A DNA stretch of 64,000 nt from Phoronis australis. Its lineage: Eukaryota; Animalia; Phoronida. Position 1 is the stretch's first letter, and each line of letters begins with the position of its first letter. The DNA lies in assembly GCA_002633005.1 (NCBI GenBank), contig NMRA01000334.1, forward strand, positions 1-64,000, given 5' to 3'. Below, one piece after another: positions 1-13,000 of this stretch. A model generated the notes under the pieces. That model was not told the DNA's origin and searched no databases. It saw nothing but the letters and a program-made list of their open reading frames with translations. Both the position numbers and the translations under genes were made by a program.

Positions 1-120
1 GGAGATAGAGCAGCGGACGCCGGACGCCAGACGCCGGACGCCGCCCGGACGGACGGACGGACGGACGGACAGAGATGACGGCATAATGCGTCCACATATA
101 AATATGTGGGCGCATAAAAA
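1..120 (-). mobile_element. Helentron-type non-autonomous element (HINE/DINE-1/pearl-like), 5' end, truncated by window edge
   Basis: Terminal hairpin atgcgtccacatataaatatgtgggcgcat plus (GGAC)n microsatellite; near-identical to 13390-13524. Confidence 0.7.
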
Positions 121-887
121 TTAAAATACAGATTTAAAAGTTTACGGTCATTGTTCATTGTCAAAAAATGCGTATTATTGCCCGCATTCACCTAGTACTG
201 AATATTTGTCCATGCGCCTGTTTCCGAAATAATGCATTTTGTTCATACAGAAATTTTTACTCATTAAAGTGTTTGAGTTTCTTCAAGAAAATCATAAAAG
301 TCCTATTTTTTGATAGACCCTCATGCAAAATGGGACATTTTAAAAACATTCCTAACAGCATCCTGAAGGAGAACACTACACAAAGCATAGTAATCTGAAC
401 GTTTCACGTGAATCTGATCAGATATGACTTTCCGAAGTTAGGTAACTTCAGACATTATTCTAGGGTCCTATAAAAGTATTAGCTAATGTTTTAATTTGTT
501 TGACTGTTACATCTTTCGGTGTTTTGCTACATAGCTGCACGCCTGAAGAATAGGGGATTGTTTAGACACTACGAGCGATTCTGTATTAAGCTGTCAAACA
601 AAAAGTAGACACGTGCCTTCAACGAAGTTTGTGTTAATGAAGGGCTGCTACCCAATTATACTGGTCCTATAAAAGTTGAAAATCTAGTCTCATGTTCCGA
701 CTACGCTGCTATTGAAAAAAATGCAATACATAAATTTAGGACATCAAGATTTTCTTATTGAGGAATCTTTGGAAGGAAGCTTCAAATTCGAGAGTGTGGA
801 ATACTCTGTTATATTGATCTAGTAACAGTAAACATGTTTTAAGACACAAATACCAGAGCTTCAATCAGCATTTAAATTTTCACTAAC

Positions 888-1061
888 CCCCGTGTGAGAC
901 CCCAGCACAGCTTGCATTAACACTTCTGACAAATGTCCGGCCCTGATTTTGTTACGGATAAGGCTTTCAATGGGTTTTCTGCGTCCGCTGAAGTGTAAGA
1001 CGAATAGGACGATTATGTCCAAAACTTTGTGCTCCGACGCGTTCTGGACGGCCTCAAGAAC
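888..1061 (-). CDS. FANCD2: FANCD2 coding exon 11 (VLEAVQNASEHKVLDIIVLFVLH...RNKIRAGHLSEVLMQAVLGSHTG)
   Basis: 174 nt, ttccag acceptor, gttagt donor; resembles human SEHKVFDLVMLFII...RNKIRSG. Confidence 0.94.
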
Positions 1062-4000
1062 CTGGAATCAAACAAAAATCCGTATGTGTTAGGTTTCAGA
1101 CAAAACATGACGGTGTCTTGTCAAGGTTGTTCAGATTCATTAGAGTTGAATACGTATGCAAGACAGCGATAGCCTGAAATTTTGTCAAAAAGCTGAACTG
1201 GACAAAAGTCATGAACAATGTGAATGTGTAGAACTGATAGCCATCCACTCACTCTGTTTTCACTTTCCATGAGTTACTGTCCAAGATATATTTTTTCATG
1301 ATTTTATACCATAAAAAGTAAACATATATGGTGAACATTCATCAATTTGGGAGTAAAATATTTGCTAAAATTGCTGTTTTTGCATTTTTTAAACTCACTA
1401 ACATTGTTATAAGTGTTCAAAACTTTTTAAATGTTGTTTGGTGGCAAGCATATTGCGCATATTATCCAAACAACAAGCGGACGACACATAAAACAAAAGG
1501 TAACAGATACCTTAATCCAGGCATCAGCCATGGCCTTGTGGAAGCGCACCGCCGCGTGTATGGCATCCACGACCAGGCACTCCGTGCTTCGGTTCCTGGT
1601 GGCACTTTGCCTAGGAAACATCAACTGAAGATGAATCTCGTGATCAAACACAAACGTACAGTATAAGATGGTACTGCAGACAAGGCTAAATCAAAACAGA
1701 CAGACTTTAGCTTTCCAACACACACAATGCAGAAACGTAAAATTTTGCCAGACTCAAAGTTTATTCTTGCGATATATGGCAACTCTTCACTTTGCACCAA
1801 CACAATTACAAAAAACAATGACTTTGCAACAATAAGGAAATTTTCAAATAATATTGTTTTATGACATCTACACAGTGCAAACACAGCTACTAATAAACTC
1901 GCACTTTTTAATCTTTTATTTTCGACCAATTTTCTAAAACAAAATTTCACTTGTCCAACATCATGAGTGCTAAATAGGTCAAGAACAACTATAAGCCACG
2001 AGAGGTTACTTCCAATTGATTGCTTTTTGTCAAAATACAGAATTCCGTAAAATACTGAGATAATTGCTAAGGACAGCCGCAGAGAGAGAACTACAAGCTC
2101 AGCCGTCTGCCTAGAGACAAGTTTATCTCAGGTTATTGCTACCCACACACAACGAGGCAAATGCTCGCTGACCAGTTAATTACATTATTTGTAACAATCA
2201 GAGTAAATGTGGTACGCATAGTTACACAGAGCCAGAGGAAGACTTGTTGAAGTCGGGTAATGCAATAATTGATTTTCATTGGCTACCAAATGTATTCGAA
2301 TAAGGAAATGGTTCTATATTATAGCAATCATCACCCAAGAAATTGAAAAAGGTGCAGGCATTCACAAACAATGTACTAAAGAAGCCCTTTAAACAAAGTT
2401 AGGGCAACATAAGTATAACGATTTTGTTCAAAATTTTACCATGTCTCTATGTAACCTGTAAATGTTTAACACACACTCAACACTGTTGTATACCAACTTT
2501 ACTAAAGCCTTATGGACACCTCTGGTACATACCCGCCTTTAGACTTCTTGGCACCAGAGGGCGTGGAAGACGAGATGGGAGGCAAGCTGATGTGGTGAAA
2601 CTCCAGCCTGCTGCGCAACTCCTGTACCACCTGCAGTGACATGAAAAATATCAAACACATAAGCAAAGTTCACATTAGATATTGATTAAATAAAATTTCA
2701 TGATTATTCTAGTTTTTGCATGGTTTCCCAGAGAAATTCAAATCCTATACCCCGTATCGAAATGCATTGCTGGACAGCTTGCAGTTTGTCAGATGTCAAC
2801 ATTATCATAGAAGACTTTGTTAAAAAATTCTGTAAAGTTTGGGTTTCGTCAAAAGCGCCATTCTAAGATATAAATGATATTTTCTAACTTTTAGACTTGA
2901 ATTGAATACTCCGGTACAAAAATTAAAATTAGACTTTTCACTCTAATCTAAATATTAAACTTTGCCAAGGCAAAATAAAGTTCAAGGACTTTACCAGAAG
3001 AACCACTCCAACTTTGGAGATTAAATTAGAAGATAATTCCCCAGTCTTTTATACAAGTATTGAATCTTACAATTCTCATTTCCTGTTCAGGAAATGAATA
3101 ATAATCTCAGGGAGGTACTTTGAGTCATCTGCAACCTTGTAAACAGATTCCCTTGAAACATAATGTCTACCCCACAGTTTGAACTCGAACTTTCACACCC
3201 CATCCTCACCAGCAAAGTATAAGTTACGGAGCTTTTTCATTAAAATTTTCCAAATATCCCATAATACCTTAGGGACTGGAGAAAATGTCAGACTCGGACA
3301 TACAAAAGGACAGATTGTCAGACAAAGAGACAAAAACTAACTTCAAAATAATCATTAGTTGAGGCAGTCTGCAGTAGGAACTTGACAACAACTGGTAGAT
3401 CTTCTACGTCAAAAGAGGCAAGGGACTGCATGACTGAGGCTCTCACCTGAAACAAAAAAGAGGAGTCAAAGGTCAGAGATAAGACTTTGAAATTCATTGT
3501 CCAAGGATAGTCCTGAACCGTGCCTTTGTGCCATTAGTGCATAAAAATAAAAAGGCACAAGTATATTGCAGCAGGGTAGATTCCGGAAAGTTCTAGAATG
3601 TGCTTGAATAGATGAAAAGTTCCAGAACAATGCATTAGGCTATAAATACACAAGCACGGGTTTGTGTTAGTCAGATCAAGTCATTTCAAGAAAGTTAATC
3701 TGACAGGAGAATTACAGTTGAGTTGCAGTCAAGAGAATCAGCAGTTACAGCGATAGTCAATAGAGAGCCAGCTATAGAGACAGCAGGTTATTGAATCAAC
3801 GAGTGTAGCAGTTGCTGAACATGTCTCAGAAGTTCATCACAAGTCAAGGCTTCGCAGCACTGGCTGGAGCATAAACAGACATTACGTCTGACGTTTTGTT
3901 TGAGTAGGTTTGTGAACATACGGTCGGGATTAATAAAGGATTAACTTGAACCAGTTTTCAGTCTATCGTCGCACCGAAAGCTATTAGCACCGGTCTGTAA

Positions 4001-7000
4001 CAACCTGCGCCCACCCACACACGGGGAAAAACGTGACACCACTTTAATTACACAAAGTCTGCTTGGCATAAGTTTTTATCATCAGGTGCGCTGCTCAAAG
4101 GGCACAGGGACAAACCTGGCCAGGAATATCACTGTTGTTGTACTATTTGCTGCAAATAACTACACCACTGGTAGACTCAATATTCACAGGAGTTTTATAA
4201 TGAAAACCGAGTCCTATTCTGTCTGATTAGATGGAAGAAACTTGTTCAATCACCAACATGGGAGTGTTCATAAGTGGGAATGCACATCACGTTCTCAAGT
4301 ACAAATCGATAGTCTGTAGTCAAAAATGCTCATTTAATACTGACAGAAAAAGCTATGATTTTCTCAACCCCAGACATAGCTGGCTACATGAAGTATATTT
4401 AAGAACTTCAGAAATTTTAATTTGAAATACAAATTTACATAATTAAGTAAACGAACAACGCAATTAAGCGAATAACCCATATACCTAAACACAAAAATCT
4501 ATTCAGCATGTATTTATTTCCATAGCCACAAATTTGGATATTTAAAAATGCCATATCATCACAAAATATTGACAGATGTAGATCGTATCAACGGTTATTC
4601 AATTTTAAAATGATGCAATCCTATTTGTGGGATAAGTCTTGTGTGATTACCTACCATACATTACAGGAAGGACCATTGTCTCACTAACGCCACCTAGCGA
4701 ATTTTGAGCTACCTCGCTGAACTTATCCACTCCACTGAAAGCTACAAGTCCTGGTCAATAACAATCCATAAGAAAAAATGCATCGGAGCTGATAAATTAC
4801 TCTCAAATACTAGCCTGAACTACATATACAGTAAAAGCACAACAGAACTAGTATCAAAAATGGTTCGACACTTCACCTCCGTCAACAGTTCTGGCTTCAG
4901 ACAGAGGTTTGAGAGTGCATCCAGCACCACCACGGTCAGCTGAGTATTGTGGGATAACAGGTCTCTGCAAAATAAGAGAAAAAGAATGAGTCTAGGAGAG
5001 AAGCAACCAAGAAAGGAGAACCCCAACATGTAATACATCATCATAATTGTAACATTAAAATATTTTATTAAATGTGTGAATATGTAAATCAACTTTAGCT
5101 CACAAACAACCCTAGACCTTTTGGTCTTCTGAGCTTAGAAAAGTCAGCTTGCCGATATATTATTAGGATGAAGATAAAAAAAATTTAGGAACGTGAACCC
5201 ATTACAGAAAGTTTACCATGTCTTGATATTGGCTTTGAAGCAGTTTGACATCAGAATCAAACTCACAAGACATATTTATATGCAAGATTTTTACCAAAAT
5301 CGCCATTTTTTCATATAGCTCCAAACCAGTATATGATACTACAAGACAGAGAAATGACAAGATTCTGTCTTTGAAAGTAAGTTTGGACAGAGTCTAGCCC
5401 CAAGACGGAAAAACCTTCAAGCACTATCTTGCTAATTACCAATTAAAGACAGTGTGAAAACATTGTACATGAAATTAGCGTAATACGATGCAGACTCAGC
5501 GTAATTTTACCCACTGTGTGCTATTTGTATTGTGTTACCAAGACATAGAAAAACTAGCGAAAAGTCCAGGAGTGCACATATTACACTACTATTAATGCTG
5601 ATAGACCTGAGTTCCTGAGAGACAAACTGGTGATCGCCATCATCGACCACCTCAGGGAGGCAGGCAACGATCTCTCTCTGGACATCCAGAGGTGACAAGC
5701 CAGCAATCTCCAACATCTTGGAGGCGAGTCCACGACTGTCAACGATATGGTCAAGCCAACGCAACTGGTTCAGAATCAGACGCGGCAGGTTGACTCTGTC
5801 TGGGTGACCTGGTATGATCCTGATGAGAAATAGCAGAATCTGTTGTAAATTTTGACTTTATTTTATCAAAATCTTTTATGCTTTTGTACCTTTCTGACTA
5901 AAGGAAATAGCAGGAAGTCACAATAACGACTTTAAAACCCAACATCGTGAGTAAATAATTGCATGAGTGCATCCCAGATCAGTTTTGAGACCTTTTTCCT
6001 AGCAGCAAATCGGTATGTATATGTCTTCAGCTACGCTAATTGTGCCACTAGAGTACTTCTCTAGACATCACTTTAGTATTGCAAAGAATCGATTTATGTT
6101 TAGTGGCGAGTTACAATTCATCATGTCTTAAATATTCAAAATGTCACAGGGAAGTCTCAATTGTCGATCAACTTTGCCTTTCCCAGAACTTGGTGCAGCA
6201 TAAAATAACCGCAAACACAACAACAAAATGCTAACAGCCTACTCGGCTCAGCATATTTCTCACATTTTGTCACACAATTCTCAAAATGTCACAGAATTTA
6301 CGGCACGCCAGTAATGTCACAGAATGTCACCATGTCATAAGAAATCCATTCTCTAATATTGACTACTGGCCTATCGCAGGTATCTGAGATAAAAAACATT
6401 GCAGGCTGCTCAAGTGAGCCCATTGCACTGATCAAATGGAATCATTTTTACGCTTTATCGATATACAGTTAAAACTGAGCTGAGAAGCTAGAGACCTGAC
6501 TCAACAGTCTAGCAGTGTGTCCCAGTGGGACTCCAACCCACCACTGACAATGAGTAAAGAACACTTATCCCAGTAGGCCACACTGCCACCTGTGGTATCG
6601 GTATTGCACTACTTTTCCAAGGTAAAAGCACGAAAATTTTGAAACATCCACTTGAGAAAACAGATAAAATTTGAGTCTAACTCTGGAATAAAAACTTACA
6701 AAAATTAACGACGTTGCGTCCGTATCTCACGGAGTTCAGTTTGGCTTGTGACGTTATCATTGTTCTGGCCAATGGGTAGAGTTTTGACCAGAAAGCGCAG
6801 CAATTACGCCAGAACACCATCCCATACGTGACAAATTGAATCCTAAACCACCTCGTTTATTTAAGCAGGGACTATCAATGCGCTCATGGAGAGCTTCCTT
6901 TACACCCCTTCTGAACCAGTCTTCCTCACAGTCTGGGATAGCGACATCATCAGTACTGAAATCATGTTCAGTGGTGCACAGGTGGGGGTCTTGTAAACAC

Positions 7001-10000
7001 TCCGACAACCACCACTGTGAGTTCTCCTACTCCTGTGGTGAATCCCTATGTCAAGGGTCTTTCTGGCCAGAGATTCAAACACTTTGACATTTCTATCACC
7101 CATAAACCATTTAATTCTCTCCGCAGCCAACTGGTTAATGTCAAGGACAAGACCCCCAAGGATAATAAATCATGTGTTGTCTATGGTGTTCAGTGTAAGG
7201 ATCCCCAGTGCTCAGACACTTACATTGGTGAAATGAAACAGTCCATAAAAATGTGTATGTCACAACATCTGGCCTTCCTAGTTACGGGGACACTTATGAT
7301 TTGGCTATTTTTAGCCACGTGTATACCACTGGACATGATTTCAATACCGATGACGTCACTATCCTAGACTGTGAGGAAGACTGGTTCAGAAGGGGTGTAA
7401 AGGAAGCTCTCCACGAGCACATTGAGAGTCCCTCTTTAAATAAACAAAGTAGTTTAAGATTTGATTTATCCCACATATGGGATGGTGTTCCGACATCAAT
7501 TCTGCGCCATCTGGTCAAAACGCCACCTATTGGCCAGAATAATGGTAACATCACAAGCCAAGCTGAAGTTTGTGAGATAATTTTTGTAAGTTTTTACTCC
7601 AGTATTAGACTCAAATTTTATCTATTTTCCAAGAGTATACCAAATCCTATATACACAACAGCTACACTTACACTTCTGATGTGTCAAGTTCAGCTATCTT
7701 CTCCAATACAAGCGAGGACAGAGGCAACTGCAGACAGTCTATCCCGAGCAGAAGTCGGAGAAGACTGTCTTGACTACCACTCCTGGCACTACAAAATGGC
7801 AAGATTGTAATTGCGATATGAGAGCGCAAGTAATTTTTCCTGAAATAGACCCTTCGAAGCATGAATAAGACAGGTTGAATCCCCCGGCAGAAGCAACCCA
7901 CATGTTCTGAAATATTGAGAGAATGTTCCATGTGAGGTGTTGCAGAGGTTTCCAGATTTATACTTTTTTCACATCAACTTGTATTTTTGATTGTATAGTC
8001 TAATCAAACTGTTGTACTAACCTACGAGAGCCTGTTGAGAATAGTCATTGTACTCCACTACAACTTAAGTGTTGCACTGACCTATTGCAGCCTGATGAGG
8101 TTACAGTAGGCAGTGTACTCCACTATAGCTAGACCGTTGTACTGACCTGTCACAGCCTGATGAGGTTATTGTAGGCATCATGCTCCAGTAGAGCATCAAC
8201 GGATCCTCGATGTAAATACCAAATCCATCCATGTATTCATCGACTGTCTGAGAAAAACAATAACCATTACTTTTTTTATTAGCCTCATGACCGTCTGCTT
8301 TATTGTTGCGCTGCAAATGACCGTCACAGAAACAGAGAGCTTGAGCAATTCAGTAATCGTGAACAAATTCTGTCTACAAGAGGGCAAGTGGAAAATTAAT
8401 CTGATTTAACAGACAACATGAATATGCAAGAGAAAATGTAATGCTCTGTTGGAGAGAAGACAAACTAAATTGATGGGTCACTAACTTCCATTCAATAACT
8501 GTTTTGAATTCATAAAAAATTGCTCCTTATGAAGTTAGAACTGAGTCATCAAAACACAATTCAGTTATTGCAGGAAAGTAAAAAGTTCATATCTCCTCTG
8601 GCACGAAACTAAGCAGTCACTCGGAATCTGACTTCGCAAAAAAATTTTTATTTGGACTTAGACACCATACTGTTACAAACTTGGGGTAAAAAATTGGGAC
8701 TCACACTCAACACAAGTACTCTTGAAAAAGAATCAAATCTTACTATTAAGGCCAAAAATGCAGTTTCTGAGAATACACACATAAATGCCAGCTACTGAGT
8801 TACTTTCTACGAATTATTATTAGGCTGTTGTACACTCAAAGTTACTTGGCTAAACCTTCATTCAACAATTATGAAGTGAGAGAGTCAGACAAAATTTCTG
8901 TCTCAAGGCTTCGTGAAACAGAACCCTGATTTCAACTTGTGTTTACTCCAATGAGGAGTGATATCTAGGCTTCAAAAGAACTAAGAGTATATTACTCCTA
9001 GAGCCAGGCTCGCTGCCCACAAGTCCACCCCGTGATTGAGTCTTGTCTCAAGCACTAACGAACAGCCAACATAACAATCTAAACTGAGAAAGTTGAACCC
9101 ATTTTTTCAAGTGCAACTGATCTAAAGCAAGAGATGATTTTTGGCCAAAAGGATTGTCCATGGCAAATTTTTAAAACTCTATAACAAACTATACAAAATC
9201 ACAACATAGGATGAGAACAAAGAGATGGCAAAAAATGCCAAACCTTTTGTGTATCCCCAGCCTTCTTGATAGACAACAGCAATGATCTCTGAAATGCCGT
9301 CTGGTCAACACCTTGAAAAGATTTTAAGATTTGTAATTTTGTCATCATTGGAACAACAATAACTTTTGTGGCCTGACAGCATAAAAAAAGGGAACCATTG
9401 CATTGGCATCCGTTTAAGGAACACTCGGTTTTAGGACTGAAGTTGCTTTGACCAGATCTACAAAACAGCAAAACCTCTACTAGTGTTTTTGTCATTTTAT
9501 TATCAGTCACCAGTTCTTGAAAGCAACCAGTCATTTGGCAGACGCATAAAATGAGAACAGTGACCTTATCAGTTATTATACTGACTCTTAAAATACTCGA
9601 CAAGTTCCCTGTTTGGCTTTTAGCTCTACTAGCAAAAAGTTGGACAGCAATTGTTGAGGTTGTGAGTTCAAATCTATCTTGGTGCTGATCTTAAATAAAG
9701 TTAAAAATGTAACTTCGAGAAATCTGTTGAAATACTATTAAGGTTATGCAGGAGACTAGAAAATGTCCAAATTTAATAACTTTGGAACATCATAGCTCAG
9801 AAATGGCTGGTCGGATTCAAAAGAAAACTTTCAGAACTGATATGACATAAAATGCACTGTTCTGCAAAATGTTGCTTGGATTTATTTTAAAATGTTCCAC
9901 TTTTGCATGAAGAGCTATAAAAATAGGAATTTTATGATTGTGATGAAAAAACTCAGAAGTGGCATAAAACAAAAACGAAATATTTTAGAAAACCGTAACA

Positions 10001-13000
10001 GCACTTTTGAGATTTCCTCTTGAACATGTATATCGAATGAAATTTGGTCATTTTAGTAATACCAATGTTTTGCTATAAATTATTATTTTTACAGAAGAAT
10101 ATAAATCGGTAAATAAAACAACAAGAATGGATCAACTGAAATTTGAAATTTTTGGATGTAACAACTTCCTTTATCAACAAAAACAGAAATAAAGTAAAAT
10201 CAAACACAAAATGACAATTGACATATAAGATATGGTGTAATGAAAATGATACATTTTTGCGTAAAAAATTCAATGACATATTTTAAGAAGTTTTTATGTT
10301 CAATCCATGAGGTTCTATTGTATTCAGTTTGTCTATCAGTTGATCCATTCTTGTTGTTTTATTTACCGATTTATATTCTTCATTTCTTGAAACAATAGTA
10401 TCCTTGGGAGGATCTGGATCGCCTTATTTAGTTTCAGATATATATTTTCTACGTTATTTTTACAGAAAATTTATATAAACATGGTCACATGATTCAATAC
10501 ATGACAGGTTGGTATGAAGATATAAATGAATGCCTGCAGATCTTCCACTGTCAGAAAACATTTTACAGGGTTAATTGCCGTATTCTGGCTAAACGCACAG
10601 TCTAGTCGACATTGTATTACACAACCTTTATAGAGAAATGGTAGTAAAGCTGCTGGTAATTTCCAGTGAAACAAAGGAAATATAGTTGCAGTATTTTTGT
10701 ATAGCCGTTGTAAATGCAGTTGATGGGTCTTGAACATTTTCCTGAATACAGTGCATGCCAAAAAATTTCAGACAAAATGACCCGGGATTCCCTGCCATGA
10801 GTGAACACAGAATTCATGTCAGGACAGCCAACAAGGGAAAATCAATAATTGGTCGGACTTCAAAACACGATGGCTTCACCTAAAAAAACTAGTTGGCTGA
10901 ACCAAAAAAAACGATGGCCGGTGCTATAACCAGTTGGTTGGTGATCAAACACAAAATCGGAATTTCTCAGACACTCAGTTTGAATGTCCTGAAGTTTCAA
11001 GTGACATCTTGAGTTTATTTTTGTACCCGTTTGTTCTGTTCAAAACTGGAGACTTGTTCAGCCATAGTGCTTCAGCACCGGCCAACTCATTTAAGGTCCG
11101 GCCAACCAATTTTTGGGTGAGGCCATCTGGTTTTGAGGTCTGACCACCAATTTAGAACACCGGCCATTGGGTTTTGCAGTCCAGACAGCTGGTTTTGAAG
11201 TCCGGCCAATTGTTGATTCTCCTTTGGCTAGTTAGAATAAATTGTCATGACAGAAATGAAATTTTGTTGGATTACTTTTGACGTGTACTGTTTTGAAACC
11301 AAGCAAGTAGTAGCCATACTTAGTTCATGAGGGACGTCCTTGACCGACAAGATAAGCCCTGCCTCCTTCGTCAATCTTCCAAACAGTGAAATATATTGTT
11401 CACTTTGCTTGGACTTTTTGCCTAAAAAGTAGAAAATTACCACTTTAGAACTAGATCATATGAAAAAATAAAATTCTAGGCTCATGTCAAGCATACATCA
11501 AGCACACAAAAAGAAAATTAATTATTATTGTCATTATAATTACAAAGGGTAACCAAAAATAATGACAAAGGTCAGACTGAATTGAAAAGATTGAATTAAA
11601 GTAAGGCATGGGTTTTAAGGTAATGCACTATACGACTAATATAAATAACGCATTATGCAAATCAATATTTCAATTTCCCCTAGTATTGATATTAGTTACA
11701 ATTGGTACAGAAAAGGTTGATAAATTTCTGAATGAATCAGAGATTTACAATGACAATGAAAGATATCGTGTTTCAAGATCAAGAAGAAAAATGCAAAGTA
11801 TGAAAAACAAATTCAAATCAACTCGAAAAATTCTGAAATCAAGCATACTCACAACACTTTGCTCAGAGCTGGGAGGAGAACAAAGTAACAGGACCCAAAA
11901 ATACACACAATACATCACCAATTCGGGTAACAAAACACTCGACTGAATATAAAATTAGGAGGGTCAATATGAGCTGTAAAACAGAATTATTGCTGACTTT
12001 GCCGTTCATGAACGTTGAACTGACATTTTTCATATCCATGAACTATGATTTGAAGGTCATTGAGAATGAGATTTCATATTTTTAAGCTGTTATAAACTGT
12101 GAAGAATTCATGAACATGAACGAAAATTGGGATCAGACAACAGCAGGGGGCAGAATTAGCGGCGTCTAGGGTAGAGAATTGATAAACATCAAGAGAACAA
12201 AATTCTGTGGTGGTTTGAGAAACTTAAACATGCGCCCACGAATGCATTGCAAATGGTGTGCTTTTAGGGTTATTTATTTGTATCATAAAAATGGCCACTA
12301 GATGGCGCAAAAACATACAATCCATCCAAAACAGGAACATGCCATATTTCATAAAAATCTGTCAAGGAACTTCAGACAAACAAAGGAAAACAGAATAAAA
12401 TGAAATTGCCACTAGTGGGTACAGTGTCCGTTGGATCCGCCTGAAAGTCTTCGTCGTCTGTTGTTATCTTCATATAAATACACTTTCTAAATTTAGTAAA
12501 TATCCTGTAGTGGGTTTAAGTGATACAACTATGGGCGCAAAACAAAACTACCACTAGCAGGCACCACAGTAGTCAGTCACCACCATCAAGGGTTGTCTTC
12601 ACACTGAGAACATATATGCCTATTTTCAAATGATTTGGTTGATACAGGGGTGGACACCAAAAACAAGATTTGAAAACAGCAAAAAATGGCCAATAGGTGG
12701 TGCAAAATACCTCGATTCCATCCAAAAACAGGAAGATAGCGCCATCACACCAATAGATGCCTATATTTAAAATTTTATGAAAATCTGTTGAGGACCTTGG
12801 AAGATACTGAGTTAAACGTAAAAAACTAAAATTGCCACTAGGGGGCACAGCAGTAGTCAGCTCTGTCCGAAAGTCGTCATTCGTAGTCAACATCATATAA
12901 ATACATTTGCTAAATTAAGTAAAGATCCTGCAAACGGTTTAGGAGATACAGCCATAGGCGCAACAAAAACAAAACTGCCACAAGGAGCCACAGTAGTCGA

